This document shows positions 57,058 to 64,000 of a DNA stretch of 64,000 nucleotides, one piece after another. This DNA comes from Eledone cirrhosa. Its lineage: Eukaryota. The DNA lies in contig OZ024764.1 in NCBI GenBank assembly GCA_964016885.1, forward strand, positions 23,250,001 through 23,314,000. Direction: 5' to 3'. Positions within the stretch are counted from its first letter, which is position 1. Every line of letters starts with the position of its first letter. The position numbers were made by a program, and so were the translations under genes. The notes beneath the pieces are model-generated. The model did not search any database. It saw only the letters and a program-made list of their open reading frames with translations, and was not told where the DNA came from.

Positions 57058-57220
57058 ATGTTGGTTCAGTCCACCCTGGGGGTGTTAGTGTTGGTTCAGT
57101 CCACTCTGGGGGTGTTAGTGTTGGTTCAGTCCACCCTGGGGAATGTTAGTGTTGGTTCAGTCCACCCTGGGGGGTGTAAGTGTTGGTTCAGTCTACCTTG
57201 AGTGGTGTCAGTGTTGGTCA
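57058..57220. repeat. 30-bp tandem repeat
   Basis: gtgttggttcagtccaccctgggggtgtta x~5; shorter arrays at 12030, 28380, 42180. Confidence 0.85.
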
Positions 57221-57261
57221 ATGATAACCTTTATAATTAGAGGCCTGTTGGTGAGGAAAGC

Positions 57262-59582
57262 CCATCCTTATTCTAGATACTATGGCCTCACAGCACCCTC
57301 CCCTCTTGCTAATCTGATCACCTAGGTATCAGAAGCTATCAACCACCTCTGTAGAACCTACCTGCATTTGAAAAATGTGTCTATCACTGCAACTTCTACT
57401 CTCAAATTTCCCTGTACATCTACTGCATATGTAGTTTTCTCTACCTGTTAGTTTGCCTGCTATCCCACTACATCTCTTGTGTACCCAAGATCTGCATTGT
57501 GTACATTATAGAATTTATGCCAGTTCCTTTTCTACATATTGAACAAGGCCATATCCCTGATGGAATGACAGTTTTGTCCTCTTTTCTACTCATCAACACT
57601 TTAGTCTTAGCTAGGTTCACTCTCAGTCCTCTTGATTCCAACTGCTGTTGCAATAGCCGGAATTTATTCTCTAGCTCCTCTACTGATTCTGCTATAAGAA
57701 CCATATCGTCAGCATAGAGAACTTCCCATGGGCACCTAGTCTTAAACTCCTCTGTTATGACTTGGAGGACTCTAAAGAAAAAGAGCGGGCTGAGGACCGA
57801 ACCCTGATGTACTCCTGCATCTGTAATTCCTCACTAAACTCCATGCCTACCCTCACTTTACTGACAGTACCTCTGTACATAGCTTGCACTGTCCTCACAA
57901 ACTATTCCTCTACACCTAGTTTCCTTAGGGACCACCAGATGACAGATTGGGGTACTCTATAAAAGGCCTTCTCTAGGTCAACAAAAGCTAAGTATAGTGG
58001 TTTTCTTCTCTAAGAACCTCTCTTGTAGTTGTCTCACTAAGAAGAGGGCATCTGTTTGACCCTTTCTCTAAGTTGCGCTAGTATTCTTTCTGTCACTTTC
58101 ATAACCTGATCCATCAGTTTTATGCCCCTATAATTACTCCTCTCCAGAACATCCCCTTTACCTTTACCTCAATTTATGAGAATAATGCTGCACCAGTTTA
58201 ATTCCTACTTCTCCTGATGCTTTCAGCATCTCAGCAACTATCCCCAACAGTCCAGCGGACCTACCATTTTTCATTTCCTTAATTGCCTCTTGGACCCTAT
58301 AGTCGTCAATCTCAATAGCTGGTCCCTCTGTCGGGTCTACTGAGGGTAGTTTCTCTCCCTTTCATTCTCCACATTCATCAGTCTCTCATAATGACATTTC
58401 CAGGCCTCCTTTTTTTTGAGAATCAGTGACACTAAGTGCACCAACATCCTGATTTACACTGACACACTGCCTTGCAATGTGGAACACCGCACATCTCTGA
58501 TCTCCCCATCGCAGGACATTGGCAAACCTTCTACTCTCAGCCTCCCTGCATGTTAAGTAGACCTGACGTATAGCTTCTCTCTTAGCGGCTGTGTATCGGT
58601 CTCTACCCCTACCATTTTTCCAAGTCTTTTGTCTCTTATGGCTCTATCTACCGTGCTGTTCCACCACCAGGTCTCCCTCTGTCTGGTTGGAGCTCCGCTC
58701 CAGCCACAAGTTTCTTCAGTAACCTGCAGTAAGTTGTCACGTAAGAAATTCCAGTTATCATCCATGTCATAGGACTCTAAATCGTCTTCTTTTTCGTCAT
58801 ACACAACTTGAAGGGCTTTCCTAAATTTATATTTTACTGAAAGGTCTTTTAGTTTCCAGACCTTCATTTTTCACACTTTCTTGTATGTCTCACTTTGTCT
58901 CTTGCTTACTAAGATGTCACTAACGACTAACCTATGTTGGGGGGTTACATTGTTCCCTGGGGTATGCCTTAGTATTTGACACCATCTGTCTCTCTTACTG
59001 CCTGACTAGCAAGAAGTAAATCTGGCTCATGTGCTCACCTGATTGGTAGGTTATTAGGTGGTTGGTAGGTTTCTTGAAGTGTTGCAAATGTTTAGTTCAC
59101 TTGCATCACAAAATCCACGAAGCCTCACTCCTTCTTCATTTCTTGAGCCATAACCATGACCACCATGTACCCCAGTGTATCCATCCTGGAGCTGTCCAAC
59201 ATGACCATTCAAGTCCCCTGCTATTATAACTAGGTCTCTGTCATTGAGGTTACCTCTATTTATGCCTTTTCTACATATGGAGCAGGGCCACCCTCCTGAA
59301 GGGGTCAGGGTCTTCTCTCCTACCCATTAGCAATTTAGTTTTGGCTAAGTATATTCTCAGAACTTATCATTTCAAATTCTATATCTATAGCTGGTCATCT
59401 ACATAGAGAAGTTTCCATAGACAGCCAGTCTTAAACCTCTCTGTTATGGCTTGGAGAACTATGATGAACAACAGTGGGCTAAGAACTAAACCATGATGAA
59501 CTCCTACCTGTACCTTCAATTCCTCACTAAACATACTTTACTGACATCTTCTCACAAGCCATTTTTCTACACCTAATTTCCT
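57262..59582 (-). mobile_element. Decayed antisense RTE LINE fragments in intron 1
   Basis: Minus ORFs 57468..57704 and 58553..58867. Confidence 0.85.
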
Positions 59583-60506
59583 TAACCCTTTAGTATATAA
59601 ACTGGCCATATCTGGCCAGAATTCTCCCACATCTTTCTGTTCAAACTGGCCGTAACTGGTCACTTATACTTATGTTAAGGTATTGTTCTCAAAATAAGTA
59701 ACGTCAAAATCTCATAGATTTGATATTATGTGAGATAAAGCATTTACTGTGAAAATATAATAGTAAATATAGAGTAATGTGAATACTAAAGGGTTAATCT
59801 GATGTCACTAATAACTACTTTTATCAGTCAGTATAATCTAATGTCACTAATAACTACTTTTATCAGTCAGTTTAATCTAATGTCACTAATAACTAACCTA
59901 TGTTAGGCAGCACATTCTTCACTAAGGAAGGCCTTAGTATTTATTACAGTCCATTTATCAATATAGAAATATTATATGAAATTTGTACTGATGTATTACA
60001 AGTTTCTGAGTATCTTATAATGTTCTTTTATTATTTCAGAATACCAGAGGACATTGGCATTAAAGAGCACGTTACATCAGACATATCCTCAACATTAACC
60101 ATTTCTAATAAAAGACACTACCCATCATTTTCAAATAATTTTGAAAACACTCAACACTTTGAAGGGATTTAATAATATAACTAAATTTCTCAGTATTAAG
60201 CTGCTATTTGGAACATAACTTTGCACAATTTCATGAAGTTATAATGGAAAGTTTTTAGATAAATATAAAGACTGATATGAAAAGGATAAAACACTTTTAT
60301 ATCAGTTGTTTCATCAACACCATTATTTAAAGACTAAAGGAAGCTGTTATACAGAACCGATACAACCTTGTTTATATAAATCTATGGGAGAAATACTGGG
60401 AAATGTTTAACATAAAGAAGAAAAATATCCATATATTGAGAGGAGAAAAATATTAAAACTGAATTATGTGAGAAACTTAGGTGATTGATATTTTTTAGTG
60501 GGAGTT

Positions 60507-62033
60507 ATGTCGAAAAATATAGTAAAATCACCATTCCACTGTGATATCTGTGGTAAATCATTCTCTAAAAATAATAAATTAACTAAACACAAACTAAGTC
60601 ACACAGAAGAGAAGCCATATCACTGTGATATCTGTGGTAAATTATTCTCTGAAAATAATAAATTAACTAGACACAAACTAAGTCATACAGAAGGGAAGCC
60701 ACATCACTGTGATATCTGTGGTAAATCATTCTCTAAAAATACTAAATTAACTAGACATAAACTAAGTCACACAGAAGAGAAGCCATATCACTGTGATATC
60801 TGTGGTAAATCATTCTCTGAAAATAATAAATTAACTAGACACAAATGTATTCATACAGGAGAGAAGCCGTATCACTGTGATATCTGTGGTAAATCATTTT
60901 CTAAAAGTAATAAATTGACTAAACACAAACGTAGTCACACAGGAGAGAAGCCGTGTCACTATATCTTTGGTAAATCTAAAAATAGTAACTTAGCTAGAGA
61001 CAAACTAAGTCACACAGAGGAGAAACCATATGACAATGATATTTGTGGTAAATATTTCTCTCATGTGAGTACCTTAACAATTTACAAACATATTCCTTCA
61101 GGAGAGATACCATATTATTGTGATGTCTGTGGTAAATCATTCTCTAAAAATACAAAGTTAATAAGACACAAACAAAGACATTCAGAAGAGAAGCTATATC
61201 ACTGTGATATCTGTGATAAATCATTCTCTCATAGTAGTACTTTAACTATCCACAAACGTACTCATACAGGAGAGCACCCATATCACTGTGACATCTGTGG
61301 TAAATCATTCAGTCAGAGTAATACCTTAACTAATCACAAACATATTCATACAGGAGAGAAGCTATACCACTGTGACATCTGTGATAAATCATTCTCTCAT
61401 AGTAAAACCTTAACTACCCACAAACGTATTCATACAGGAGAGAAACCATATCACTGTGATATCTGTGATAAATCATTCTCTCAGAGTATTCACCTAACTA
61501 CCCACAAACGTACTCATACAGGAGAGAAGCCATACCACTGTGACATCTGTGATAAATCATTCTCTCATAGTAAAACCTTAACTACCCACAAACGTATTCA
61601 TACAGGAGATAAACCATATCACTGTGATATCTGTGGTAAATCATTCTCTCGTAGTAATCACCTAACTACTCACAAACGTATTCATACAGGAGAGAAGCCA
61701 TATCATTGTGACATCTGTGATAAATCATTCTCTCATAGTCAAACCTTAACTATCCACAAATGTACTCATACAGGAGAGAAGCCATATCACTGTGACATCT
61801 GTGATAAATCATTCTCTCATAGTCAAACCTTAACTATTCACAAACGTACTCATACAGGAGAGAAGCCATATCACTGTGACATCTGTGGTAAATCATTCTC
61901 TCATAGTAATACCTTAGCTACCCACAAACGTACTCATACAGGAGAGAAGCCATATCACTGTGACATCTGTGGTAAATCATTCTCTCATAGTAGTACCTTA
62001 ACCAAGCATGTGCGTATTCATACAGAAGTTTAG
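60507..62033 (+). CDS. C2H2 zinc-finger protein, copy 5 (18 repeats, 16 intact)
   Basis: ATG 60507 matches the MSKNIVKSP start of paralogs (ORF track starts at GTG 60498); acceptor 60038-60039. Confidence 0.92.
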   Translation: MSKNIVKSPFHCDICGKSFSKNNKLTKHKLSHTEEKPYHCDICGKLFSENNKLTRHKLSHTEGKPHHCDICGKSFSKNTKLTRHKLSHTEEKPYHCDICGKSFSENNKLTRHKCIHTGEKPYHCDICGKSFSKSNKLTKHKRSHTGEKPCHYIFGKSKNSNLARDKLSHTEEKPYDNDICGKYFSHVSTLTIYKHIPSGEIPYYCDVCGKSFSKNTKLIRHKQRHSEEKLYHCDICDKSFSHSSTLTIHKRTHTGEHPYHCDICGKSFSQSNTLTNHKHIHTGEKLYHCDICDKSFSHSKTLTTHKRIHTGEKPYHCDICDKSFSQSIHLTTHKRTHTGEKPYHCDICDKSFSHSKTLTTHKRIHTGDKPYHCDICGKSFSRSNHLTTHKRIHTGEKPYHCDICDKSFSHSQTLTIHKCTHTGEKPYHCDICDKSFSHSQTLTIHKRTHTGEKPYHCDICGKSFSHSNTLATHKRTHTGEKPYHCDICGKSFSHSSTLTKHVRIHTEV

Positions 62034-62679
62034 CTGTATCAATATCAAACTCATTACATCATACTACAACAACAACAATTGTTTAGATCCATCATCCTTG
62101 TTAAAACCGGGGTCAACCTTGTAGGTTTTACCTATGACAGGGATCATAAACACCAGGTTCCCATTTTTGAAGCAGTGTTTGAAGATTTTGTGTAAATTAA
62201 AGTTTTTCACATTAAACTTTGATTTATTATACTTTAACAGGTAAGATATATATTTGTATTTTTAGTAAAGGTTGGGAACTTCTGTAATTTAAACCTGCCA
62301 ATAAAATGAAAACTTTTTTTGTTGTTAGTCAGACATTGATATTAATTCTATTGTCCTGTACATTGTCTCACATATCACAGATTAAACAGATTTTAACAAT
62401 AACAACAGAAATCAATAACTTGTAAGCCTAATATCTAGCTTCCATTTTAACTATTTGATATTGTTGTTCCCCTCCTGTCTCTTCAGGTCTTTTAGATTTC
62501 AACTTCTATTTACTGTACTATTCCATCACCAAGGCAACATTCATCTGGCTGACAGCTTACATCAGCTACAAATCTCATCAGTGGTTCACAACAGGCTGTC
62601 TGAAAGAAACTTCCAGATATCTTCTATGTCATAGCTATCAATCTCCTCCTCCTTATCATATGTATCATGTAGAACATCT

Positions 62680-63170
62680 CTGAATTTATATTTAACAGGG
62701 AGATCTTTTACTGTCCCTACCCTTTTCTCTAGATTGTCTTGTACCTCTCTCACAGTCCCTCTAGATCTTATATTTAACAGGGAGATGTTTTACTGTCCCT
62801 ACCCTTTTCTCTAGGTTGTGTTGAGCCTCTCACAGTCCCTCTAGATCTTATATTTAACAGGGAGATATTTTACTATCCCTACCCTTTTCTCTAGGTGGTG
62901 TTGTACCTCTCTCACAGTCCCTCTAGATCTTATAGTTAACAGGGAGATCTTTTACTGTCCCTACCCTTTTCTCTAGGTTGTCTTGTACCTCTCTCACAGT
63001 CCCTCTAGATCTTATATTTAACAGGGAGATGTTTTACTGTCCCTACCCTTTTCTCTAGGTTGTCTTGTACCTCTCACAGTCCCTGTAGATCTTATATTTA
63101 ACAGGGAGATCTTTTACTCTCCAACCCTTCTATCTCCAGATAGTCTTGTATCTGTCAGTCCCTCTAGATA
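62680..63170. repeat. ~82-bp tandem repeat (~6 copies)
   Basis: ctagatctta at 62761, 62841, 62923, 63005. Confidence 0.9.
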
Positions 63171-63463
63171 TTACACCTAGTATCTAGTCTATGTTGAGTG
63201 GTACGTCCTTCTCCAGTAAAGGAGTTAATATTCCCAACCATCTGTCTATCCTGTTTTCTGATGAGAATGAAGTCAATCTAGTTTATCTCTTCACCGGATT
63301 GAAGTAACTAGATCAAGTAACTAGATGTTTTCCTGTAAGTTAGTGCTGCAGTGTTTGTGTCACCATGTAAAGTTTATATCTATTAATATAGAGATGTAGT
63401 AAAGTTTTCACTGTTGTATCTCTATTTTCTAAATATCTTAATAATGTTTCTCTACTATTTCAG

Positions 63464-63900
63464 AATATCACATGACCTTGACAGAAAAGAGTCTTTTAAA
63501 GACAACAGAAAGATGTTACATACAAGTGATATAAACTTGTTTAGTCTGTGGTGAATTATGGTGAAATATTTCTTCTGAATTGAGATAAATAACAACATTT
63601 TCCTTTTTCACTGTGGAATATTTACAAGATGATTTTACGTTCTGATTAAACTTTGGATATTTACAAAGGAGTTTTCAAAATATTTGGATATTGACAAAGA
63701 TGACATTTGATAAAATTATGAACAATAGAAATATTTACATCAACATAGGAATATTTTCCAGAAGAGGTGGGAAAATCATTATACCACTAATATTTGTGGT
63801 AAAGTATTCTCTCTTCTTTATATGTAGAACATCTAACTAAACACTTTAATTAACAAACTATTGTGCTATAGAATTGACAAACTTGAGGAATGTTTAATAA
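63464..63900 (+). pseudogene. Vestigial ZNF-like exon, further decayed (ATG>GTG, 2-nt deletion)
   Basis: Paralog of 4462-4903. Confidence 0.55.
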
Positions 63901-64000
63901 ATGTTACAGATTTCTCCAAACTCATTTACTAACTTTAATTTGAAGCTATATTATCTATATACTACTAAAACTCTGTGATTGTGTCTTGTCTGTAGTACAG

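Overview
Eukaryotic, AT-rich, microsatellite- and transposon-rich DNA. It is most consistent with a cephalopod (octopus-like) genome, an inference from the style of the [16 protein letters not shown]2H2 arrays and the RTE/SINE families. The window is a tandem array of five same-strand C2H2 zinc-finger-only genes about 13-16 kb apart (CDS at 2333, 15541, 31516, 45908 and 60507; 8-18 finger repeats each, no KRAB/SET/BTB). Each unit shows the same predicted architecture: a compact CRE/NRF1/ETS/E-box promoter and non-coding exon 1; a ~5 kb intron with a 62-bp satellite, MITEs, a Helitron-like element and antisense RTE LINE debris; a single coding exon; a conserved AG|GTAAGA site ~210 nt after the stop; and a downstream vestigial ZNF exon. 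Intergenic spacers alternate between a hAT-containing type (A) and a Tigger-containing type (B), giving a ~29-30 kb higher-order repeat, while small indel markers form a patchwork across units. Two young RTE LINEs with a PHD-like finger sit in microsatellites, and their RTE-tailed partner SINE is also present. All calls were made by eye. Splice sites, promoters and TE family names are inferences, and many boundaries are approximate.
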